DNA of 64,000 nucleotides, taken from a bacterium. Lineage in GTDB: Bacteria > Patescibacteriota > Minisyncoccia > UBA6257 > GWB1-50-10. Positions 57,083-64,000 of this stretch are shown in pieces. Position numbers and translations under genes: made by a program. The stretch covers positions 91,168-155,167 of the forward strand of contig JAJYXV010000015.1 in the NCBI GenBank assembly GCA_021801565.1, given 5' to 3'. Position 1 is the stretch's first letter. Each line of letters begins with the position of its first letter. The notes beneath the pieces are model-generated. The model did not search any database, was not told the origin of the DNA, and worked only from the letters and a program-made list of their open reading frames with translations.

Positions 57083-57826
57083 TTGTGTTACACTATTTGT
57101 ATGCATTACGAAAAATATATCAAAAAATTGAAGGAGGTTTGTATTAAAAATGGTATAAAACTACAGAAAATTGGTGATGTTGGAAAAAAGAAAGAGTATC
57201 CAATGTTTAAAATTGTTTTGGGAAATTCAAGAAAAAAAACAGTGTGTTTTTCTGGCGGAATTCACGGAGAAGAACCCGCTGGTCCGTGGGCAATACTCGA
57301 ATTTATGAAACATTATAATTCGAAAAGATATAAGGATACAAAAATTATTTTATTTCCCGTGGCAAATCCATACGGATTTGACAGGGGAATTCGCCGCAAT
57401 TTTTTGAACAAGGATTTAAACGGACATTTTTGTAAGAGTGTTTTATCGGGAGAAAATAAGGTGCTCTACAATGCTGTAAAGAATGAAAATATTTTCTTTT
57501 TTCATGCGCTTCACGAGGACGAGGGATTTAAAAAGTTTTATCTTTATAATTTTGAAAAAAAACCCGAGAAAATTTACCGCGATATTATTCTGCTTGCGAA
57601 AAAATATTTTCCAATTGATACAAGAAAACGTATTTACAATGATCCCGCAAAAAACGGACTTATTATCAATCGTCCAGACGGATCATTTGAAGACAAGATG
57701 TTTCGAGATGGAGTTCCATATTCAATGTGCACCGAAACCCCGGAAGCACATCCACTTCGTAAAAGAATCGAATTAAATGTAAAAATAATGAATGTTGTAT
57801 TAGATTTTACAAAAAAATCAAAATAG
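57083..57826 (+). CDS. Succinylglutamate desuccinylase/aspartoacylase-like (M14-like) zinc hydrolase.
   Basis: GGIHGEEPAG and NPYGFDRGIRRNFLNKDLNGHF motifs. Confidence 0.55.
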   Translation: MCYTICMHYEKYIKKLKEVCIKNGIKLQKIGDVGKKKEYPMFKIVLGNSRKKTVCFSGGIHGEEPAGPWAILEFMKHYNSKRYKDTKIILFPVANPYGFDRGIRRNFLNKDLNGHFCKSVLSGENKVLYNAVKNENIFFFHALHEDEGFKKFYLYNFEKKPEKIYRDIILLAKKYFPIDTRKRIYNDPAKNGLIINRPDGSFEDKMFRDGVPYSMCTETPEAHPLRKRIELNVKIMNVVLDFTKKSK

Positions 57827-57874
57827 CATTCCTGTTTCAAATTAAAAATTCGCATAGTGTGCGGATTTTTTTTG

Positions 57875-57947
57875 TGCCCCCACTAGGACTTGAACCTAGA
57901 ACCTTCGCCTTAAGAGGGCGCAGCTCTACCAATTGAGCTATAGGGGC
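57875..57947 (-). tRNA. tRNA-Lys (anticodon CTT). No CCA encoded.
   Basis: Minus strand GCCCCTA-TA-GCTC-AATTGGTA-GAGC-T-GCGCC-CTCTTAA-GGCGA-AGGTT-CTAGG-TTCAAGT-CCTAG-TGGGGGC-A. One G-A mismatch in the anticodon stem. Confidence 0.8.
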
Positions 57948-58007
57948 GTATAACAATGATAAATTTTAAATTTTAAATTTCAAGTGGGAGAAAGAAATTT
58001 TGTCTAT

Positions 58008-58550
58008 TTATATAACCCACAAAATAAAGAGAATAAGTGCAAATATAAATTCTTGTTTTGAAAAATATTTAATTGGTCCATGAAGATTTACCCCGTTAGA
58101 ATCGGAGTGCCTCATGGTTTGCTGTTGGGGCAAACGTCGACCAACCTTAGAAAGCATAGTGTTTAATATGTTGTGTGGGTTTCTAACGGGGTTTATTTTT
58201 TTCCAAGGGAAAAACGGATAGAAATCTGCATCATCAAGCGCATCAAAAAGGAGGTGACACGCGTATCCGAGAGAGAATGAAAGCGCGAAATCAAAATTAA
58301 TAAAAAATAAAATAAAACAGATTGGAATAAATGCGAATATACTATGGAGAAAATTTCTTTGATATCCGAGCGTGTCTTCTTTGTCTGAAATAATTTTTAA
58401 CAGTCTCCATGGTTTTAACAAAAGTCCGTGTTTTGCGTACACCGCCAGATGATCAAGGTCTATGAGTGTCGCGCCGATAAGCGCGGGGACATAGTTTCCG
58501 GTTATTTTTCCAATGAGAAGTCCGCCAATAATATGTGTAGGAATAAACAT
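58008..58550 (-). CDS. DUF457 membrane-bound metal-dependent hydrolase-like protein (YdjM-like).
   Basis: N-terminus MFIPTHIIGGLLIG..LIDLDHL characteristic of DUF457. Confidence 0.55.
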   Translation of the reverse strand: MFIPTHIIGGLLIGKITGNYVPALIGATLIDLDHLAVYAKHGLLLKPWRLLKIISDKEDTLGYQRNFLHSIFAFIPICFILFFINFDFALSFSLGYACHLLFDALDDADFYPFFPWKKINPVRNPHNILNTMLSKVGRRLPQQQTMRHSDSNGVNLHGPIKYFSKQEFIFALILFILWVI

Positions 58551-59423
58551 CTATTCGCTTATTCCAGAAAGGAAAATGATACTGAGAATAGTAACTACAA
58601 TTCCAACATATTGGTGCCACTTCAATTTTTCTTTATTTATAAAAAGTCCAAGCAACACCGTGATTACAATATAACTTTCACTGATGGTGGTGGCGATAGT
58701 GATTGGAATAAGTGTTGTCGACATAGCAAACAGAACCCATGCAAGGTTGTCTAAAATAGAAACACTGATAATCGGAATTGGATTTTTACGAATATCTTCT
58801 ATGAGTTCATGAAGTATTTTGTGTCGCGCGAGATAAATAAAACACACGAAGGTAAAAAGGAGACTGGTGAACCATATAGTAAGGAGCGGCGATGTTTGTT
58901 GACTTCCTACGCCAATTAAAAAATTAAAGAGCCCCATACCAATTGCGCCAACACTGGCAAATATAACTCCTTTCTCGATATTAATTCGACGATGATAGTG
59001 GAGGTGTGTATGGTGTTTTGTGATGACAAGGATAATTCCGACGAACGTTGTGAATGAAAGGAGTAGTTGTGGAAGTGAAATTATCTCTCCCCAAATGAGT
59101 GTTGAAAGACCGATAGTGATGGGAAGTTCAATACCGAGTACGGGTTCGACAATTGCAAGTTTTCCTCGTCGAAGCGATTCAAATTCAAAGAGGGCGGTAA
59201 AAAGGACAATGAGTCCAGCGAGAAAAAGAACCGCAAGGTGTTTTGGTTCCCGCAAAAGTCCGCCGAGTTCACTCACAATAAATGGAAAGATAACAATAAT
59301 ACCCGATATACCGATAAAAAAGAGGGATTTCCAGATACCGACAATGCGGCTTGATTTCTGTATAAAAAAATCGCCAAATCCCCAACATAACAACGCTCCA
59401 AATGCGAATAAAATTCCTTCCAT
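58551..59423 (-). CDS. EamA/DMT-family transporter (10 TM).
   Basis: Two EamA-like repeats of five TM helices each. 290 aa. Confidence 0.6.
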   Translation of the reverse strand: MEGILFAFGALLCWGFGDFFIQKSSRIVGIWKSLFFIGISGIIVIFPFIVSELGGLLREPKHLAVLFLAGLIVLFTALFEFESLRRGKLAIVEPVLGIELPITIGLSTLIWGEIISLPQLLLSFTTFVGIILVITKHHTHLHYHRRINIEKGVIFASVGAIGMGLFNFLIGVGSQQTSPLLTIWFTSLLFTFVCFIYLARHKILHELIEDIRKNPIPIISVSILDNLAWVLFAMSTTLIPITIATTISESYIVITVLLGLFINKEKLKWHQYVGIVVTILSIIFLSGISE

Positions 59424-59428
59424 TTTTA

Positions 59429-59503
59429 TGGTGCGCCCGGAGGGATTCGAACCCCCAACGACTGCTTCGAAGGCAGTTATGATATCCGTTTCACTACGGG
59501 CGC
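59429..59503 (-). tRNA. tRNA-Arg (anticodon TCG), CCA encoded.
   Basis: Minus strand GCGCCCG-TA-GTGA..TCAT-A-ACTGC-CTTCGAA-GCAGT-CGTT-GGGGG-TTCGAAT-CCCTC-CGGGCGC-A-CCA. Confidence 0.85.
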
Positions 59504-59583
59504 AACATTATCATTCTAATGTGATTTGTATTAAATTATCAAATTTGTTAATTTCTTGATTTCTGCCGTAAAATGAATATGAG

Positions 59584-61152
59584 ATGAAAGAGTTTTTAAT
59601 TCCAGAAGAAATACAAGAAATAGCGGAAACGCTTACACGAAATGGATATGAAGCATATCTCGTTGGGGGATGTGTGCGTGATCTTTTGATTGGTAATTCA
59701 CTAACCGGCGGACCGAAGGATTGGGACATTACCACAAATGCACATCCAAAAGAAATACAAAAACTTTTTTCCACCTTCGCGGGTGCTACGGCGGACAAGC
59801 CCGCAACCGTGTATGAAAATGATTTTGGGACGGTGGGAATAAAAACAAGATCAGAGGATTCTACATTAAAAGTTGTTGAGGTGACCACGTTTCGTATTGA
59901 GGGGACATATTCAGATAAGCGCCACCCGGATGAAATAAAATTTGCAAAAACAATTGAAGAAGATTTATCACGAAGAGATTTTACGGTGAATGCGATGGCG
60001 CTTTCGTTAACTAATAACCCACAACAAACAATTCACAATAAGAGAAAAGAAAATGTTGTCGGTAGTAAGTTGTCGGTTGTTGGTCTACTTATTGATCCAT
60101 ATAGAGGACAGGAAGATTTGAAGGATAAAATTATCCGCACGGTGGGAGATGCAGAAAAGCGATTTAATGAAGATGCGCTTCGGTTGTTGCGTGCAGTGCG
60201 TCTTTCCGCACAGCTCGGATTCGAAATAGAACAAGAAACACAAAAAGTAATAAAGAAAAATGCGCCACTGTTAAAGCATATCGCCGAAGAACGAATTCGC
60301 GACGAGTTCCAAAAACTTATTATGACTCCGCGCGCCGCTGAAGGAATGTTTATGCTTCAAAAGTTCGATTTGCTTGAGTATATTATTCCCGAACTTTTGG
60401 AAGGAGTTGGGTGCAAACAAAACAAACACCACGTCTACACAGTATTTGAACATAACGTGCGGGCACTTGAATATGCAACAGAAAAAAATTATTCACTTGA
60501 GGTGCGTCTAGCGTCGCTTTTACATGATGTTGGAAAACCACGGACAAAAAGTGGGAGCGGAGAAAGTGCAACATTTTATAATCATGAAATGGTTGGTGCG
60601 CGAATGGCCAAAGATGTGCTTGATCGACTTCGATTTCCCCGCGATCTCGTACAGAAAGTGCGCCATCTCATCCGTTACCACATGTTCTACTATAATGTGG
60701 GAGAAGTAAGCGAGGCTGGGGTGCGGCGATTTATCGCACGCATCGGAGTTGAAAATATAGATGATATTTTGAGTGTGCGTGAGGCTGATCGTGTTGGTTC
60801 AAAAGTACCAAAGGCATTTCCCTACAAACTCCGTCATCTTCTTTTTATGATTGACAAGGTGCGTCACGATCCGGTGCATCCAAAAATGCTCGCGGTAAAA
60901 GGCGATGATATTATGAGATTTTTAAATATTCCAGCTGGTCCGCGCATAGGCGATATATTATTTGTACTTCTCGAGGAGGTGTTAGATGATCCATCAAAAA
61001 ACACAAAGGAGTATCTTAAGGAAAAAGTAAAAGAGCTTGGGGTGCTTTCTCTTGTTGAATTAAGAAAACTTGCAGATGAGGGGAGAAAAAAAAGAGACTC
61101 GATTGAAGAGGGGGTTGAAAATGACATAAAAAAACGCTATTTTGTGAAATAG
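59584..61152 (+). CDS. cca: CCA-adding tRNA nucleotidyltransferase with a C-terminal HD domain.
   Basis: Head motif GGCVRDLLIG..DWDI. RRDFTVNAM. HD domain HHVYTVFEHN..LLHDVGK. Confidence 0.85.
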   Translation: MKEFLIPEEIQEIAETLTRNGYEAYLVGGCVRDLLIGNSLTGGPKDWDITTNAHPKEIQKLFSTFAGATADKPATVYENDFGTVGIKTRSEDSTLKVVEVTTFRIEGTYSDKRHPDEIKFAKTIEEDLSRRDFTVNAMALSLTNNPQQTIHNKRKENVVGSKLSVVGLLIDPYRGQEDLKDKIIRTVGDAEKRFNEDALRLLRAVRLSAQLGFEIEQETQKVIKKNAPLLKHIAEERIRDEFQKLIMTPRAAEGMFMLQKFDLLEYIIPELLEGVGCKQNKHHVYTVFEHNVRALEYATEKNYSLEVRLASLLHDVGKPRTKSGSGESATFYNHEMVGARMAKDVLDRLRFPRDLVQKVRHLIRYHMFYYNVGEVSEAGVRRFIARIGVENIDDILSVREADRVGSKVPKAFPYKLRHLLFMIDKVRHDPVHPKMLAVKGDDIMRFLNIPAGPRIGDILFVLLEEVLDDPSKNTKEYLKEKVKELGVLSLVELRKLADEGRKKRDSIEEGVENDIKKRYFVK

Positions 61153-61155
61153 GCA

Positions 61156-61563
61156 ATGAATAAGTTTTTCGAGAAAAAGATTTGGAGAGCGCTCGCAGTC
61201 ACATGGGGAACACTCTATCTCGTATTGATTACGTTGGATTTTTTCTTTGCGAACAAATATGAGTATATACTTGGCTCGTTCGGAACGCTCTATATCGCGG
61301 TTCTGAGTATTTTTGTGGGGAGTAAGGAATTCGACCGCTGGCATGACAGTCACCCGGGAAAACGTCATGGAGAATTTTTTGTTATTGCGTTCAGTATTAT
61401 CCTCGTCGTGTTCTTTGTTTCATCTTTTTTTCTTGGACCGGAATATAAAGTGGGTACCGATATAATTGCGACGTATATTGCAATTCTTTCCGTTTATGTA
61501 TTGAGTCAGAAATCGAAAGAATTATACGGTGCGCATCGCGAAGATCAGAAACATTTGTTATAG
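61156..61563 (+). CDS. Hypothetical four-TM membrane protein.
   Basis: 135-aa hydrophobic ORF. Confidence 0.35.
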   Translation: MNKFFEKKIWRALAVTWGTLYLVLITLDFFFANKYEYILGSFGTLYIAVLSIFVGSKEFDRWHDSHPGKRHGEFFVIAFSIILVVFFVSSFFLGPEYKVGTDIIATYIAILSVYVLSQKSKELYGAHREDQKHLL

Positions 61564-61656
61564 TGTCTCAACGCGGGGTGGAGTCAAAAAGAAAAACATG
61601 TTTTCTATGTGATAAATATGACGGCAGTACACACGTTTTGGGGTTGAATATTTTGT

Positions 61657-61727
61657 CGGGGCGGAGTATGTCGGTAGTACGCACGCTTCGGGTGCGTGTA
61701 GACCGAGTTCAATTCTCGGCGCCCCGA
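61657..61727 (+). tRNA. tRNA-Pro (anticodon CGG). No CCA encoded. Flanked directly by 13-bp inverted repeats.
   Basis: CGGGGCG-GA-GTATGTCGGTAGTAC-G-CACGC-TTCGGGT-GCGTG-TAGA-CCGAG-TTCAATT-CTCGG-CGCCCCG-A. Flanks TTGAATATTTTGT (61644-61656) and ACAAAATATTCAA (61727-61739). Confidence 0.8.
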
Positions 61728-61796
61728 CAAAATATTCAACGGGAATGTTGGGGACATTCCCTGGAAATTTATAAAAAATTTATATAGACAGGGTTC

Positions 61797-61845
61797 CCCG
61801 CCTGCCCTGCCTGCCGTCAGGCGGGCGTCGGGCAGGAATTCCCTG
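61797..61845. repeat. GC-rich imperfect hairpin (copy B of the CCCGCCTGCC..CTGCCTG family), about 65 nt downstream of tRNA-Pro(CGG).
   Basis: CCCCGCCTGCCCTGCCTGCCGTCAGGCGGGCGTCGGGCAGG-AATTC-CCTGC.. shares the 5' arm motif with 50913-50952. Confidence 0.5.
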
Positions 61846-61906
61846 CTTGCCCGTCCGTAGCTTTAGCGAAGGCGGGTAGCCCGATAAAATAACATTACCA
61901 ATAAAC

Positions 61907-61930
61907 AAAAAACTCCCACATGGGAGTTTT
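61907..61930 (+). terminator. Rho-independent terminator closing the tRNA-Pro(CGG)/GC-hairpin transcription unit.
   Basis: AACTCCCA-CA-TGGGAGTTTT. Confidence 0.55.
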
Positions 61931-61972
61931 CAACTTTGTTTTACTGTTTCAAAAAAATTATAATTTATACAT

Positions 61973-62668
61973 ATGATTCTTAAAATTGCCCATCGTGGAG
62001 CATCTGCATACAAGCCGGAGGATACCATTATTGCGTTTCAAAAAGCGCTTGAAATGAAAGCGGATGCACTTGGAATTGATGTACACGTATGTAAAAGCGG
62101 AGAGGTGGTGGTAATACACGACAGGACGTTGAGGCGGATAACAAATGGAAAAGGACACGTGCGCGACAAGACGCTCACTGAACTAAAACAGCTTATTGTG
62201 GAGGGGAGTGCACACATAGCGACACTTGAAGAAACAATTAATTTTGTTGATAGAAAGATGAAGTTAGACATTGAATTGAAGGAAAGGGGATGTGCAGAAC
62301 CCACATATAGAATTGTTAAAAATGCAATTGAAAAACACGGATGGCTGTATGACAATTTTTTCATTTCATCGTTTATTCGTTCAGAACTTAAAACCATGAA
62401 ACTATTGGACAATAAAATCCAATTAAGTGTTTTGTTTAACTGGTTGCTTCAATTTGGTGTGTTTCGGTTTGCAAAGAAAATTGGTGCCTATTCGATTAAT
62501 CCATCACTTTTGGTTACGAACAAAAAACTTGTGGATTATGCACATAAAGAGGGGATGAAAGTTTTTGTATGGACAGTGAACAAGGAAAAAGATATCACAC
62601 AAATGAAAAGGATTGGTGTTGATGGTATCTTTTCTGATTTTCCTGATAGATTAAAAAAAGTATTGTAA
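61973..62668 (+). CDS. Glycerophosphodiester phosphodiesterase (GDPD family).
   Basis: N-terminus IAHRGAS..PE-T..AF and VHVCKSGEVVVIHD motifs of GDPD. Confidence 0.85.
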   Translation: MILKIAHRGASAYKPEDTIIAFQKALEMKADALGIDVHVCKSGEVVVIHDRTLRRITNGKGHVRDKTLTELKQLIVEGSAHIATLEETINFVDRKMKLDIELKERGCAEPTYRIVKNAIEKHGWLYDNFFISSFIRSELKTMKLLDNKIQLSVLFNWLLQFGVFRFAKKIGAYSINPSLLVTNKKLVDYAHKEGMKVFVWTVNKEKDITQMKRIGVDGIFSDFPDRLKKVL

Positions 62669-62930
62669 AACATAACATTTTACCGTTCCCGGTATGTGGG
62701 TGTCGGTGGGCTTGCCGGAAAATAAGTGAAGAGATAGAGTGATGCTAGCCCTCTAATAAAATTGGGAAAAGATTCCTGTAACGAGGAATGATAGCTGCAC
62801 GTATTTATATTGATGTGTGTGCACCGCGGTCAGTGAGAGCAGAATTCTTATCGTTTGGCTGATAAGAAAGTTAGTTTCCGCATTTGTGTGTACGCTGTTA
62901 AACCCAAAGCCTTTTAGAGATCAGAAACAC

Positions 62931-62956
62931 AAGAGCATCAATGATGCTCTTTTTTG
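62931..62956 (+). terminator. Rho-independent terminator.
   Basis: AAGAGCATCA-ATG-ATGCTCTTTTTT. Confidence 0.55.
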
Positions 62957-63137
62957 TTGAAAAAAAATTTTACGGGCGTAAAATAAAAATATATTTATAA
63001 AATTCTGTCAGAAATTCTGCCCGCAGCAGACGGGTGCGACCACGAAAATTTACTCAACTCAACACATATGAACATCAGTCGAATAATAATTATGAATCAT
63101 AGACCATATCGTTTATTCGCGGTCTACTTCTAACGGA

Positions 63138-64000
63138 ATGAAACTTGAGGGGAAAACGTGTTTGATTTTATATAATACACAGGGAAGCGCTGGTTCTACA
63201 TCATCAGTAATTAATGATGATAGTTTTGATTCACTTGCCGAATCGCGCGATGAGGTACAAATTATAAAAAAGTTTTTAAGAGAATTTGGACTCACGGTGC
63301 GCGTGATGGGGATTCAACGAATTAACGCGCGCATTATTTCAAAAATAGAAGACGTGAATCCCGACTTTGTATTTAACCTGTGTGAATCGCTTTATGAGCG
63401 GAGCCAGACCGAGATGTATGTAGCGGGAATGCTTGAACTACTTCGTATTCCTTATACGGGTAATCCTCCTTTTGCACTCGGGTTAGCGCTCAACAAAATG
63501 AAATGCAAACAAATTTTTGATTCCGCCGGAATTCCAACTCCGTCATCAATTGTGGTTCCTGTTGGTGAAACGCCGAATGTTGAAAACCTCACTCCGCCCT
63601 ATATTGTGAAGCCGGTGCGAGAAGATGGGAGCGCCGGCATTACAAAGGATTCCGTGGTAGAGACACAAGGGGAAGTGGAAAAATTAATTGCGATTATTCA
63701 CAAAGAATATAATCAACCCGCAGTCGTTGAAGAATTTATTGAGGGAAGAGAATTCACTGTTGCGGTGGTCGGCAATCCACCACGCGTTTTGGGAATCGGA
63801 GAGATTAATTTTTCGACCGTTCCAAAAAAAGAACCCAAAATTATTTCATATAAGACAAAATGGGATGCAGAAAAACCACTCGATACAATTTTTCCGGCAG
63901 ACATTGATGCCTCACTTAAAAATCGTATTGAAAAATATGCACTCAAGGCGTTCCAGGCGATTGGATGCAGAGATTATGTGCGGATTGATATACGCGTAAG
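63138..64000 (+). CDS. D-alanine--D-alanine ligase-like ATP-grasp enzyme, 3'-truncated by the window edge. Not in the ORF track because no stop lies inside the window.
   Basis: Hand translation MKLEGKTCLILYNTQGS.. contains YIVKPVREDGSAGI and EEFIEGREFTVAVVGN, both typical of Ddl-family ATP-grasp proteins. Confidence 0.65.
   Translation, partial: MKLEGKTCLILYNTQGSAGSTSSVINDDSFDSLAESRDEVQIIKKFLREFGLTVRVMGIQRINARIISKIEDVNPDFVFNLCESLYERSQTEMYVAGMLELLRIPYTGNPPFALGLALNKMKCKQIFDSAGIPTPSSIVVPVGETPNVENLTPPYIVKPVREDGSAGITKDSVVETQGEVEKLIAIIHKEYNQPAVVEEFIEGREFTVAVVGNPPRVLGIGEINFSTVPKKEPKIISYKTKWDAEKPLDTIFPADIDASLKNRIEKYALKAFQAIGCRDYVRIDIRV

Noticed and set aside
61563-61787. 74-aa ORF-track protein MSQRGVESKRKTCFLCDKYDG..
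   Set aside because: It spans tRNA-Pro(CGG), its inverted-repeat flanks and the GGGAATGT..ACATTCCC hairpin. The region is an RNA locus, not coding.
62690-62930. A 270-bp non-coding gap ending in a terminator, considered as RNase P RNA or SRP RNA.
   Set aside because: None of the conserved motifs are present (RNase P P4 AGGAAAGUCC / CCGGGUA, SRP helix-8 GGAA..AGCAGC). Left unassigned.

Overview
AT-rich bacterial chromosomal window of about 64 kb, standard genetic code, densely packed with short genes on both strands. It starts inside dnaA, runs through a DnaA-box-rich dnaA-dnaN intergenic origin region, and is dominated by single-copy housekeeping genes. These include replication and repair genes (dnaA, dnaN, polA, holA, ruvC, ruvB, ruvA, recG, a family-4 UDG). 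They include translation genes (argS, ileS, trpS, infC-rpmI-rplT, rpsT, the CCA enzyme, seven tRNAs, tmRNA with smpB). They include RNA turnover genes (RNase J, RNase Y, a second beta-CASP nuclease), cell-envelope genes (class A PBP, murB, an O-antigen-ligase-like protein, secG, a PilB/GspE ATPase) and two ECF sigma factor modules. The gene content and style resemble a reduced-genome Patescibacteria/CPR-like organism. No CRISPR array, transposase or obvious prophage is visible. Five things stand out beyond the ordinary annotation. (1) The isoleucyl-tRNA synthetase carries a complete histidine-phosphatase (phosphoglycerate-mutase-family) domain of about 200 aa inserted in the middle of its catalytic core. 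(2) One tRNA-Gly locus consists of an intact tRNA-Gly(TCC) sitting inside a second tRNA-Gly copy that is split in its anticodon loop. The inner unit has 12-16 bp terminal inverted repeats, and a 40-nt GC-rich hairpin is inserted into the 5' half of the outer copy. (3) A perfect 139-bp inverted repeat brackets a 3.8-kb segment, with each copy sitting immediately upstream of ruvB and of ruvA, so the normally cotranscribed ruvAB pair is divergent and separated here. (4) A small family of GC-rich 'CCCGCC'-based hairpins (three copies) and inverted-repeat-flanked or partially duplicated tRNA genes lie in this otherwise AT-rich DNA. (5) A structured RNA of about 175 nt sits behind a consensus sigma70 promoter, preceded by a 17-codon polyproline leader ORF and followed by a SemiSWEET-like three-helix transporter. 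All calls come from reading the sequence. No database search was run.
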